This document shows, one piece after another, positions 39,312 through 52,474 of a stretch of 64,000 nucleotides of DNA (position 1 is the stretch's first letter; the number at the start of each line of letters is the position of its first letter). The DNA comes from Auanema rhodensis. Lineage: Eukaryota; Animalia; Nematoda. A program made the translations under genes and the position numbers. The notes under the pieces are model-generated. The model searched no databases. It was not told the origin of the DNA and saw only the letters and a list, made by a program, of their open reading frames with translations. Location of the stretch: the NCBI GenBank assembly GCA_964057225.1, contig OZ059897.1, positions 12,028,001 through 12,092,000 on the forward strand. Direction: 5' to 3'.

Positions 39312-42300
39312 GTTATTACTGGGTAATTTTTTCCCGTACCCCGTAATACCTCTGGAGTTAGATCTTGCTGTCATCGAGAGGTTATGTATATTTATTTGTT
39401 TATATCCATACTTTTGCATGCTATCCATTTGAACCTAGCGGGAAATTTAGTATCATTTTATCTCATTCCTTATTCTTCATGTAACCCCTGCAGCTGCTCG
39501 TGTCCGGTGACTCTATATTATGATTCTGACATTCTTTTTCTAGTCGTTTTGGCCTTAATCTGTATAGACCTATATATTAATATTTTAACTTAGTAAATTA
39601 AATTCATAGATTCCTTCATATTTGTGATAATGGTCGGTTTTCATACACATTAGTTTGCCAACCGCTCCTTTTATAACCTAACAGTATTGTGATATATGCT
39701 TTTAAGGTGAATCATTTAACTTTTTTTTGTAGTATACGTTTTAGATTAATCAAAATGTTTGGGTAATTGAGTTTTAATAAAGTATACATATTATGTGAGC
39801 TTCTTTTCATAAATCACAAGTCTCTATTGAATATTAATCTTAAGTATGTAAATATTACTCATAATGCATCTCTTATTAGCATTTTTTTCTCTTTGTCAGC
39901 AAAGAATTTACTTCTAAAGTCATATTATTTAGCAGTATTATCAACACTTCAGTTTGAATTGGAACCAAATATGTTTCGTAGGCACATTTTTGAAGAAATT
40001 GATGATTCCTTGTTTTTTTTGAAATTGAAAAAAGTATCCTTTTTTGTGTGAAAATAATAGTTTCTGTTGTGTGTGAGCTTTATTCATGAACTAGTTTGAT
40101 GAACGAATGAAAAGAGAAATAATTATCTTATCTCTCTAGTGAGAGAAAGAGGATATATCCAATATGCCTACGGCAATTTCTACTAAAAAGAATTATTGCT
40201 CTCTTTCATTTTGCTCAATGCTGCTTTGCTTCCGACGGAAAGTAGCTTGTCAATCATATCGTTTTCAATATATGAACTAAACGTCTCAAAATATTCAGAA
40301 AAAGATTTAAATTATATGCGACAAGAAATGTTTATTCCAATACTATTTTTGGATAGAATACTGAATTATATATATATATTTATATTAACATAGAGATATA
40401 AATAGATATGTAAATTCGAAAGAAGGTGGAGTTTTGAGGAAGGTATCTCTATAAATTGAAGCAATGAGATGGGAATTATTATAATTTCTTCCAAAAGTGT
40501 TTAGCTTGACATACTCAAAAATTTGAAGTTGTATATATAAATATTCATATTTGTATAAATATAGCTAACTCCTCTACTTATATATAGTTATATACATATA
40601 TATATATAGTTTTTCTTGTCTAGCCATCAAATATTTTATGGTTTTCATCTTATTTTTTAAAATTCTGAAGTGTTTATTTCTTTTTCATATCTCATTTTTT
40701 TATGATATCGTACATTTATTTTTCATATTCCCCTATTTATTCTATGAATTTAACCAGATTGTTAGTCTGATAACTGAATTTGTTCAAGAGAAGCCATCTA
40801 TTTCAGCAATAATCTACCCCAGTCATTAATCATCAAATAATATAATATAAATATAACATCCAAACATGATCGTGAAGCCTCATTCACACGAATTTAAAGA
40901 TCCAATATCAGGCTAGTTTGGCTTCTGATCTCGCAAGTATGAGTATATTGAATTATCTATACTTCTTTGTTATTTTTGACCTGTATTTTTGAATGTTATG
41001 GTAAATGCTTTTGATTTTGCTATTATTGACGTCAATTTGTTAATCTTTTACTAATAAGGGTAAAATCTTATGTTCTTACATGAAAAACATATACATATAT
41101 TTCATTAGCATATTGTTATTAGCTCTTTAGCTGGAACGCAAAACACTTTCAAAAATTATGAATGAAGCACCTGCATGAAACATACAACTTTTGGTATTAA
41201 CATATAATCTGTAATCAATATGCTTTGAACAAAATCTCGAAACAATCTAATAAATATATATTTATTACCTTTGGATTTATATATATATATATATATCTAA
41301 TGTCTATACAAGTATGTAATACATACATATTTCTCATAAAACATTTGAAATTTATACTTGTGTTCTATTTTTTCCGTATTACTTCTTTTTACCATAATAC
41401 TTGTAAGTAAACAATAAAACGAACATAGCTGCTAAGAAAGAACTCTTACAATCTCTGTCGTGCAAGAATAGCTATTCGTGTTTCTAACAAAGAAATCAAA
41501 ATCTCTTTGTCAGTCTAGAAATAGACTAACATCAAAAAGTAGAAATGGATAAAGTAAGAAGATAAACTTACTATCTTTTTTTCTTATTTTCACCAACATT
41601 TGTCTATTTTTTCATTTAGAATGTTTCTTGAGCCCTATCGTTAACGATGTTTTCATGAGTAGCATAACAAAGTTCGTTCTGATGCATGCCATACATTCAT
41701 TTCCCATCCTCTAATCAACACCAATTAATATTTCTCTAGTCCTCTTTTTGGAAATAATGAAAAGATATATAACTTGCCTTCAGCTGTAATGATAGTCCAT
41801 TTCAAATGATATAAGTTTGCCAAAATCTTGATATTATTGAAATTTCACTCTATCTCTATGCTCTTCTTGCCAAGATGATTGGTTTTTTAGCTGTTTTAAA
41901 AATGCTTTATTGAATCTCAAGTTGACATGAATATATCAGCACTTTCAAAATGTCTATTTCAAATTATTCAAAAACATTCCCTAAAGATATAAGCGAACAA
42001 ACAGTTCATCAACTTGCGATGTACTTTAAATCTGGAAATCCCAAACTAGTGAAATTAGTATTCCACGTTTTCTATAAACGGAAACTTTCTTAACAGAATG
42101 TGCAAAAATATATAAATCTGTTATTATCTATATGTTGAATGATAATTATAATATTTTATATTATTTTTATTCATAACTGTCAAACATATTACAGCTAGAA
42201 AATTAGATTTCAAGCAGTTTATTTCTGCGTATTTAGAGTTCAATTCAAAGCCATGTAGTATACTTGTATGTTACATATTCTTTTGAAAAAGTTGAAAAAA

Positions 42301-43418
42301 AAACTTCATAAACTATGGGTTTGGCCAATTTTCCGCCTTCTTTCCACTTCCTGTCCCTTCATTCTATTCTTTTATATTTCCATATTCTCATTACTTCTAG
42401 GTAATCGAAGTTTGCATCACTGTGTTCTTTTAGATACAGATGTGTGTATGATGTATATACGCTTATTTTCTTTTAATTTCGATTAATAAATTCTTTTTTT
42501 TTCTTTCTCAATATTTATATTCACATACATGGTTGTATGATTTCAAGTTGTTGACTGGATACATCAAACAGATGGCAAGCTTTATTTTGTTAAGAAAAAA
42601 ATTGAATGTTTCTCTTATTTTCAAATAAATACATGTATTTTTACTTCAATAGTCTTAGTACACTGTTGTCAAGAGCAGATATATGCATATATAGCTACCT
42701 CCTTTCTCTCGAAACTTATTTTCATTTCAACATATGCTCACATAGAGTTTTTAAAATTAAAAAAATTCAATATATTCGCTTCTTAATTTTTTTTTTTTGG
42801 ATGAGGAATATCTACTCTTTCTACTATTATTTTGAAGAAAACTAACAAGCAGTCAAAGCTTGGAAAAATAAACGGAACGATATCGGAAACTAAGAAAGCA
42901 AGAACAAGAGAAAGAGGGAGAAAGAGTGAATTGTATTATATATTTTGTATTCCAATTAACAATACTGTTACTATAGTTCGATACTGAGAAACTAATTGAA
43001 AACAAAAACATTCCCAAAAGTTTTAATATAGTATAAAATAATTTCTATTCATCTATTAGTCTTACTATAGTTTTCATATGATATGCATATTACTCTAAAC
43101 TTTTTTTTTCTCAACCACAAAGGTAAAATCTCTTTTGGACCCTTTCTTTTCCAACTGTACTTTTTGCAGGAGTCAAAACATGTTTGCCTTGGTATTACCT
43201 CATTAATTCTGGAATTTATTTTTCGAAGCAGTACTTTAAATTCTTAACTTATATTATATTTTTCTATTGTGCTAATATTGCCATATTCCTTGATATAGTA
43301 TGATGCTATGACTTAATAGAAGATTTTTATAAAATGCAATTTTTTCTCCGCAAAGCTTTGTATTTGATAGAATGCAAAAAGCTGCATTTCATTTTAGGAA
43401 ATTAACAGATTGAGAAAC

Positions 43419-43736
43419 ATGGCTTCGGAACAGGAAACACCGAATATGGGGTAACTCGAATATTCTTTTGCTTTTATTAAATGAAATATTTGTAGGCATC
43501 GTCATTCATTGACTATTGAAACTAATCCTTTACATTTGTTACCTTCTAACATTCGACGATTTTCTCAAGCAGATTCACTTAGACATCCCGCAGCTCCACT
43601 TCTTGCAAAACTTACAAAGAAAATGGGACAACAGATTCCAGTAAAACATTATTATATTTGTATTTTAGTTACAAATTTGATTTAGGAAGCTGAACAAGAG
43701 AGAAAATCAGAAGAAAACAAAAATAAAGAAAAATAA
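43419..43736 (+). CDS. Small (~75 aa) hydrophilic orphan protein, 3 exons
   Basis: MASEQETPNMG|HRHSLTIETNPLHLLPSNIRRFSQADSLRHPAAPLLAKLTKKMGQQIP|EAEQERKSEENKNKEK*. Two ~45 nt GT-AG introns keep the frame, and AATAAA lies at ~43778. Confidence 0.65.
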
Positions 43737-44157
43737 ATGTTTAACATTTTCTGAATTTTGTTTAAATATTCTTTTATAAATAAAGCTACTTTTTCACATT
43801 TCCGTTTCAATATAGATGTTCTCATATATTAGATAGCAATTCGGTTCCTGTAGTATTAGTTAAACATTTTAATTGTATTTCTTATTTGGTTCGTGGGAAA
43901 CAATCTTCAATTGATCCAACAGATTAAAAATTATTTTTTTCATTTCATAGCAGAAATTCACGTGAACCACGTGGAATGATTATAATTTATTTTGATGTCA
44001 AATTTAAAATGAACGGTGGGTCGCAATGTGAATGAAAAAAAAATATTTTTAAGTCTGATAATGGTTGAAATAAGGTTTATTAGTTTTTGATAAAACAGTT
44101 TTAATAATAAAAAAATAATAAATAATTGGAATTCTTAAATATAAAAACTAGAAAAAA

Positions 44158-46117
44158 TTAATTCTTCTCGTAATACTTGTTATAGTATTTGTGAATAATT
44201 TCGATCAAAACTAGAACTTTGTTCTTAATTAACTTCTTTGCCTGAAAACAGAAAATATCAAACAGTTCTCAAACAACATGATATACCAATTCAGGATCTT
44301 TTCTTTTTCCTAAAAGTAATATATAGAGCATTGAATTGCAGCCTAACATAATATGAGCACTTATAGGCAATAACTTGTAAATTGCTTCAGAAATCTACAA
44401 GAAAAAATAAATTTTGAACTCAAAAATAATCTAAAAGTTACCTGTTCGAATGTTCCAGGCATAGTCTCAGGACTACAATATTCAACTAAATAAGTATAAT
44501 ACTCTTTGACATATTTTTCGAACAGTTCTTCAAAATTTTCCGCTGGCAAAACGGAGCACAACAGTCTTGCTACATCGTGACCAAGATTACCCACATGTGA
44601 AGCCTTAAATTTATTCTTTTATATTCACTGGAAAAAAACTGATAACAGCTTTCTACTATTAATGGGAATACTATTGGAGCGCATTTAGTTTTTGAGCACT
44701 GTGTAAGAATACTTAACATCAAGAGAAATGCACCTTTTAGAATCATAAGTTTAGTTTCTTAATCACCCCAGACGGTTCATTTGAACAAAATCAAAAATTT
44801 TAATTTATTTGTTTACCTCGAAGATATTTCAATATACTCTTACTTTATATTTACAATGATTTGCTAAACGCGCTCCAAACATAATCAATTAAGAGATTAA
44901 GTCAACGGTGATAGCCGTGGTTGGATTCGAAATAATTACCTGGAAATCAATAAGAGCTCTTAAGTTTAACTGATTCTTCTCATTTTTAAGGAGTATAATA
45001 TTATTTGTCCATAGATCACCATGTAAAAACACAGGTTTCATTCCTGTCATCATAATCATAAAAAAATTTTCATAAAATTTGCTAAACCTAAAGATTCCGT
45101 TGTCTTATCCAGCATTATCAGATGCTCTTCTTCCGTAATATCAAAAAGAATTTGCTCAATGTCTGCCAGTTTCTGAAGGTGTTCCTCTCCAATCAACAAC
45201 CTGCATGAATCGTAAAAAGATCGTACGAACTGAAAATGTTCAAATGTTTATTGAAATGAAAATATACTGCATACCTTCTTCTCTAAAAGTGGACGGAAGC
45301 AATCAGAGAAAGTATTCATTTTGCACTTTTCAATTTCTTCTTCATTCATATATTTTATGGAAGCGTTAACCTTTGCAGTCGCTCTTAACACCTCAGACAT
45401 CAGACGCTCGTCAAAGAAGACATCAAGATGAATTGGCTCGACATTCTCAACATATTCCATGATTAAGAATCCTTTATTATAGTTCTCAGGTGGTGTTATT
45501 GCTTGTGAAGCATACACCTACAAATTGAAAATTAAATCATTCAAGGGTATCCAGAAATTACTTTAACTATCGGGTAGATTTCATCTTTGATTGTATTGAA
45601 ACGATTATAAGCATCTACTTCTAAGTTATGATACTGAAATGAATTAACCAAGTTTGAAAGTTTTGAATTTTGAATTTTACCCGACAAATTGGATTGACTT
45701 CAATTTCTGATTCCACCTTATCCTCAGACACGGAGAAGAAGTTTCCCTTCTCTGGGTCAATTTTTTTGGCATTCTCGTTTGCATTAGTAAGTGAGAGAAT
45801 CTAAACAGAATAATAGTCAAAAAACTCTGCTAATTATCAAATATACTTTAACAATAATCTTTTTGGGCAAGGTTTCATCAGCAAAATCTGTATGAACCAG
45901 CGTCATCTTAGAAGTAAATCCCTGTAAAAAATTGTTTTTTAATTATATTTTAAAGAAAATATAATAATAATAATACATTTATATCGGTTATATCATGAGC
46001 AATTGCATCATTTCCTAATTTAGCATTTGAACCTAATGATTTGTAAAGATGTTTTTGAATGTCTTCCCAATGTACATGAGTTTTCAAAATACCAGTTCCT
46101 TCCTCATTTAATGACAT
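44158..46117 (-). CDS. CHK kinase-like / EcKL (DUF1679) small-molecule kinase, copy 1
   Basis: MSLNEEGTGILKTHVHWEDIQ, GFTSKM, LPKKIIVKI, HNLEVDAY, NYNKGFLIMEY, FLHGDLWTNN, ALIDFQ, GNLGHDVARLL; all introns GT-AG and in frame. Confidence 0.9.
44674..44878. mobile_element. Degenerate MITE-like element in the kinase intron (copy 1)
   Basis: 15 bp terminal inverted repeats ttggagcgcatttag / ctaaacgcgctccaa (14/15 match), inside the only long intron of the gene. Confidence 0.45.
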
Positions 46118-46128
46118 CTATAAATATT

Positions 46129-46199
<71 letters not shown>

Positions 46200-47128
46200 C
46201 AAAAAGAAAAAAGAAATTATATTTAAATTTATTAAAGAAAATTCACAAAAAAGTAATCAGAATTAATATACCAGCGGTTTAAATGGACGAAAAATTGTTG
46301 GACAACATTGCACAACAGTGCGACATCAAAGATTATCGACGAGGAGGGTTCATTAAGGTCTATTTACAAGTTTGATGAATTAATTGAAATAAAGTTATGA
46401 AGAAATCAAAATGAATAAAAGCAATTTTTGATGTTTTGCTTTATTATTATTTTTATTTTAGTTTATTAACAAATTTATATGATTGAGTTACATATAATTA
46501 AATGATATTTTATGTATTTTCTTCCTTAAATACTAAATATGAAGTAATGTTTTAAATTTTTTAAAAATGAAATTTAAGAATTAATTCTAAAACCAATGTT
46601 CTTTCTCAGTGTATACGAAGGTATCAAATCTTTGAATCAATATAGTTATGCACGTTATCAGGTCACAATATACATGTGTTTGCATATTCAAGTCTTAAAT
46701 CAATAGTTCAAAACTTGAAAAAAAAAGTTTTGAAATATTATATATTTTAAAAATAAAATATATATATATATATATATTTATTTAAAACTTTTTCTTTATA
46801 GAAATATAAATGTTTTCTATTTTTCCTTATATTATTTTAATAAAATAGATCTTTTTGAGATTAAAAGGATAAAAAATGGGTTCTAAGATAAGCCTATGTA
46901 TATTGAAATTGCCCGAAGAAAAAGTGCTGAAGAAAAAGTTGAAAGAGCTGTTATGATCAAATGAGTTGGTGTTTGTGCTCTGAAATTCGCACGTCACAGA
47001 GTCGTTTAACGAAAGAAGAAACAGCTAAACGGTCAGTTTTGGCAAACCAAATACAAGATATGTCAATTAAATCCGGTTGATACCTGAACGGAAACAAGCC
47101 GTCTGACAGACGGACCAGGAGATCCGGG

Positions 47129-47137
47129 CTATATAAG
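47129..47137 (+). promoter_or_regulatory. TATA box of the Cys-rich peptide gene (mirror at ~51455-51463)
   Basis: ctatataag about 60 bp upstream of the ATG at 47191. Confidence 0.55.
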
Positions 47138-47190
47138 CTGCTGAGGATAGCTAAGAATATCGCAGTTTCAATCTAGCTAATCAACTCAAT

Positions 47191-47856
47191 ATGATTCGTT
47201 CATCAACACTCTTCTGGACTTTCAGCTCCCTCGTTGTTTTGGCTTTAGTCCAAGCTTCACCTTTACCTGTATCTCAAGATATTCCTACTGCTATAGACAC
47301 TCTTGGTGAAACTAGGTAAAAAACTATAACAGTTTCAAAAACAATTTTAAATCCAGAGTCAAAAGACAAGGTGGAGGTGGATGCGGTTGTGGGTGCGGAT
47401 GCGGCTGCTGCGGATGTGGAGGAGGAGGAGGAGGAGGATGTGGATGCTGCTGCTGTCGTCCTCGGTATTTCTTACAGTGTTTAAAAATGGTTCTTATTGT
47501 ATTTTCTTCAGATGCTGCTGTCGTCAATGCTGTACTTGCTGCACCACCCGCTGTTGTACCTGCTGCCGTACATGCTGTAGACCATGCTGCGGATGTGGTT
47601 GGTTTCGAATATCAATGGCTAGTTTTAACTTTTTCTCTGAATAGGTTGTGGATGCGGATGTGGCTGTGGAGGAGGTGGACGCAAGAGAAGATCTCTCCAG
47701 AACCTTAAAATTCAACTAGCTGATAAGGTAGAAAAGGAGATGAACGACCTTCTCCAAATCGCTGCCTCTGACGCTGTCAACCAATCCGCTGTCAATGAAG
47801 AATCTACCGCTCCCGATAGTGTATCTGCTATGAAAGAAACTGACAGCTTTCAGTAG
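47191..47856 (+). CDS. Secreted Cys/Gly-rich prepropeptide, copy 1
   Basis: 4 exons: signal peptide, RVKR, a 73 aa core QGGGGCGCGC...CCTCCRTCCRPCC...CGGGG, RKRR, and an acidic tail. Confidence 0.88.
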
Positions 47857-48818
47857 AATTTTAAATTTTAAATTTTAATAATAAGTATTTTATGTAAAAT
47901 AATTAATATAGAATCGATAAATATTTCTTATAAAGTACTTTTCTTCAATATTTTTTAAGCAACTAGACCTCAACTTTTATGGTTTTCTTCTAATTGTTCT
48001 GATGTAATTTTAGTACTACTTCTAATTTATAACATTATATAATTAATACTTAAATGAATCAATGGTATATATACTCAAGAAGCCAGATGTGTTTTCGGTC
48101 TGCTTCACAAGTGTTATTTTTGCCTAAGCTCCATAAGTAGAAACTGAAAATATTTCAAGAAATTCTTTCTATAATTCTCATTTTTCCAAATATTGTAACT
48201 TAATTTTATTAATAAAAGTAATTTTAAGTAATTTTCTTAATTAAATAAACCCAGTTATTTTTGTATTAATAGACAGTGAAATTCAAATTTGAAAATAAAC
48301 TTAAATTGACTTTGAATGGAAATTGGATTGTTAACAATAATTTGTATATTTAAGGAAGGTACAAATAAATAATAATATTTTGAAGCAGTGAACTACTAAG
48401 AATATTGTGATATATTGAAAAATAATTTCTAAGAAAAAACCTGCACATTTTTTTGTCGGTTCGACATTGATTTCGTTAATCAAGCTTCAATCAAAACATT
48501 TTTCATGCTATGCAATATTATAATACGAACGACATTATGTTATATTTGCATTTTAAACTTTTAGAAGAGAGAAAGAGAAATAATATTTTGAATTCAAAAT
48601 TTCAATCAAATTTTAAAAATATGAATTCAGAAGTTTATAGTCCAAAACTTAGCAGTTACCCTGTAGATGTTTGCACTGGAATTTGAAAATATCTCATGCT
48701 TGCAAAAAACTCTATCCGATGAATACGTCGTGATTTTCTTTGTAGAAACTTTATTAATTCATGTTTGAGTATTGTGATTAAAAAAAGATGTTTATAGTTA
48801 TAATATTTAATAATTCAA

Positions 48819-49955
48819 TTATATAAAGTATAAGTAACGTTTAATTGAACAATAATTTATAATTGCTTTTCTATATAATGGCACAGAATATACCGTTAGC
48901 AATGGTCCACACATCAGTACAACCGCCAACATTAATACAAGAAGCTCTTGAAGTTCTAAAAAAAGAAAATTCTTTTTATTTTATGATTATTTCCTAACCT
49001 GTAATATTAAACTCTATGTATGGAAGAAAAACAAAAATGAATGCTATAATAGCTGTTAGAAATAAAACAATGGCCTTAATGGTATATTTAATAAATTAAG
49101 TTCAACATCATTATTACCTGGATGAAATTAATTTTCATAAATAGTTTGTGAGAATTAATAGTTTGTTGTGACATACTTGATTTCAACTTTTTAAATTTCA
49201 GTATAATGAGTATTACTAATAAAACAATTTGCAAAGAAAACAAAAATGCAACAACCAAATTGGATATAAAAAAAATTATTATAATTGTACCAGATTTAGT
49301 ATATGATACTACTATGCTATTTTCTGATATGACATCATTGGGATCACCCAAATAAATCTAAAAACAGATTATATTGAAGTATAAGACATGAAAAACCTTT
49401 AAACAGTCATTGTTAACTTCTTCGACATTTTCTAATTTTGTTATAATAAAAAATACCATAGGAATCACAAAATATAACAAACATAATACAGAATATACCA
49501 TATAGTTAAGTTGTCGTCGTGATCGTAATTGTAAAGCTTTATATCGATGATAGAGCATCAAGATGGTTATTCCAGCATAAACTTGAAAGTTTTGAGAATA
49601 TATTCGTCAGTCGTTTTGTTACTTACAGTATACCAAAGAAATTAAGACTAATGTTACATTTGTGGGCGATACATGAAAATACATTATAAAGCCTGTATAT
49701 GAACCTCCAAAGCATGGTGCTAACAATATCGGTTTGACGCCGAGAGACAGAAAAAAAGCAAAAAATAATCCTCTTAACAAAGAAATTAATGAAATAGTTT
49801 AAGAATAAAACTTACATAATGCATTGTGAACACAGCAAAAATTTCAAGTCGTTCTCCATGTTTATAGGTGAATGATACAGAATACAAAAACAAATTAGGA
49901 ACATACAAATCAGGGATATCGTGCCACAAATATTCATACAGATCATATAAAACAT
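48819..49955 (-). CDS. 7TM chemoreceptor, srh/sri (Str superfamily)-like; single copy in the palindrome spacer
   Basis: ILYHSPINM, KPILLAPCFGGSYTG, LMLYHRYKAL, MSQQTINSHKLFMK and VPLYRKAI; the frame is preserved across 5 short introns. Confidence 0.78.
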
Positions 49956-50735
49956 ATACTTAAAATAAGATTAAAAGTGTTATTTAGTAGTAGTAAATAA
50001 TAATATTTTTGAAAATTTGTGAAGAGAAGAAGAAAATTTTTCAATAGTTGCCGTATGCTCTTCAAATTATTTCATATAACATAGCATGAAAAATGTTTTG
50101 ATTGAAGCTTGATTAACGAAATCAATGTCGAACCGACAAAAAAATGTGCAGGTTTTTTCTTAGAAATTATTTTTCAATATATCACAATATTCTTAGTAGT
50201 TCACTGCTTCAAAATATTATTATTTATTTGTACCTTCCTTAAATATACAAATTATTGTTAACAATCCAATTTCCATTCAAAGTCAATTTAAGTTTATTTT
50301 CAAATTTGAATTTCACTGTCTATTAATACAAAAATAACTGGGTTTATTTAATTAAGAAAATTACTTAAAATTACTTTTATTAATAAAATTAAGTTACAAT
50401 ATTTGGAAAAATGAGAATTATAGAAAGAATTTCTTGAAATATTTTCAGTTTCTACTTATGGAGCTTAGGCAAAAATAACACTTGTGAAGCAGACCGAAAA
50501 CACATCTGGCTTCTTGAGTATATATACCATTGATTCATTTAAGTATTAATTATATAATGTTATAAATTAGAAGTAGTACTAAAATTACATCAGAACAATT
50601 AGAAGAAAACCATAAAAGTTGAGGTCTAGTTGCTTAAAAAATATTGAAGAAAAGTACTTTATAAGAAATATTTATCGATTCTATATTAATTATTTTACAT
50701 AAAATACTTATTATTAAAATTTAAAATTTAAAATT

Positions 50736-51401
50736 CTACTGAAAGCTGTCAGTTTCTTTCATAGCAGATACACTATCGGGAGCGGTAGATTCTTCATTGA
50801 CAGCGGATTGGTTGACAGCGTCAGAGGCAGCGATTTGGAGAAGGTCGTTCATCTCCTTTTCTACCTTATCAGCTAGTTGAATTTTAAGGTTCTGGAGAGA
50901 TCTTCTCTTGCGTCCACCTCCTCCACAGCCACATCCGCATCCACAACCTATTCAGAGAAAAAGTTAAAACTAGCCATTGATATTCGAAACCAACCACATC
51001 CGCAGCATGGTCTACAGCATGTACGGCAGCAGGTACAACAGCGGGTGGTGCAGCAAGTACAGCATTGACGACAGCAGCATCTGAAGAAAATACAATAAGA
51101 ACCATTTTTAAACACTGTAAGAAATACCGAGGACGACAGCAGCAGCATCCACATCCTCCTCCTCCTCCTCCTCCACATCCGCAGCAGCCGCATCCGCACC
51201 CACAACCGCATCCACCTCCACCTTGTCTTTTGACTCTGGATTTAAAATTGTTTTTGAAACTGTTATAGTTTTTTACCTAGTTTCACCAAGAGTGTCTATA
51301 GCAGTAGGAATATCTTGAGATACAGGTAAAGGTGAAGCTTGGACTAAAGCCAAAACAACGAGGGAGCTGAAAGTCCAGAAGAGTGTTGATGAACGAATCA
51401 T
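50736..51401 (-). CDS. Secreted Cys/Gly-rich prepropeptide, copy 2
   Basis: Mirror of 47191-47856; the ORF-track translations are identical. Confidence 0.88.
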
Positions 51402-52392
51402 ATTGAGTTGATTAGCTAGATTGAAACTGCGATATTCTTAGCTATCCTCAGCAGCTTATATAGCCCGGATCTCCTGGTCCGTCTGTCAGACGGCTTGTTT
51501 CCGTTCAGGTATCAACCGGATTTAATTGACATATCTTGTATTTGGTTTGCCAAAACTGACCGTTTAGCTGTTTCTTCTTTCGTTAAACGACTCTGTGACG
51601 TGCGAATTTCAGAGCACAAACACCAACTCATTTGATCATAACAGCTCTTTCAACTTTTTCTTCAGCACTTTTTCTTCGGGCAATTTCAATATACATAGGC
51701 TTATCTTAGAACCCATTTTTTATCCTTTTAATCTCAAAAAGATCTATTTTATTAAAATAATATAAGGAAAAATAGAAAACATTTATATTTCTATAAAGAA
51801 AAAGTTTTAAATAAATATATATATATATATATATTTTATTTTTAAAATATATAATATTTCAAAACTTTTTTTTTCAAGTTTTGAACTATTGATTTAAGAC
51901 TTGAATATGCAAACACATGTATATTGTGACCTGATAACGTGCATAACTATATTGATTCAAAGATTTGATACCTTCGTATACACTGAGAAAGAACATTGGT
52001 TTTAGAATTAATTCTTAAATTTCATTTTTAAAAAATTTAAAACATTACTTCATATTTAGTATTTAAGGAAGAAAATACATAAAATATCATTTAATTATAT
52101 GTAACTCAATCATATAAATTTGTTAATAAACTAAAATAAAAATAATAATAAAGCAAAACATCAAAAATTGCTTTTATTCATTTTGATTTCTTCATAACTT
52201 TATTTCAATTAATTCATCAAACTTGTAAATAGACCTTAATGAACCCTCCTCGTCGATAATCTTTGATGTCGCACTGTTGTGCAATGTTGTCCAACAATTT
52301 TTCGTCCATTTAAACCGCTGGTATATTAATTCTGATTACTTTTTTGTGAATTTTCTTTAATAAATTTAAATATAATTTCTTTTTTCTTTTTG

Positions 52393-52463
<71 letters not shown>

Positions 52464-52474
52464 AATATTTATAG

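Larger units (their letters stand above)
43949..48512. repeat. Left arm (4564 bp) of a large inverted duplication
   Basis: Reverse complement of 50080-54643. The mirror coordinates of every ORF pair and both ends sum to 98592. Confidence 0.97.

Noticed and set aside
39400-43400. Many short Phe/Ile/Leu-rich ORFs in the 4 kb intergenic region
   Set aside because: They reflect AT-rich composition; no coherent exon chain or ncRNA motif was recognised.
47324-47715. Overlapping poly-Pro/His and poly-Arg ORFs (and their mirrors at 50877-51268)
   Set aside because: They are alternative-frame or antisense shadows of the spliced Cys/Gly peptide gene.
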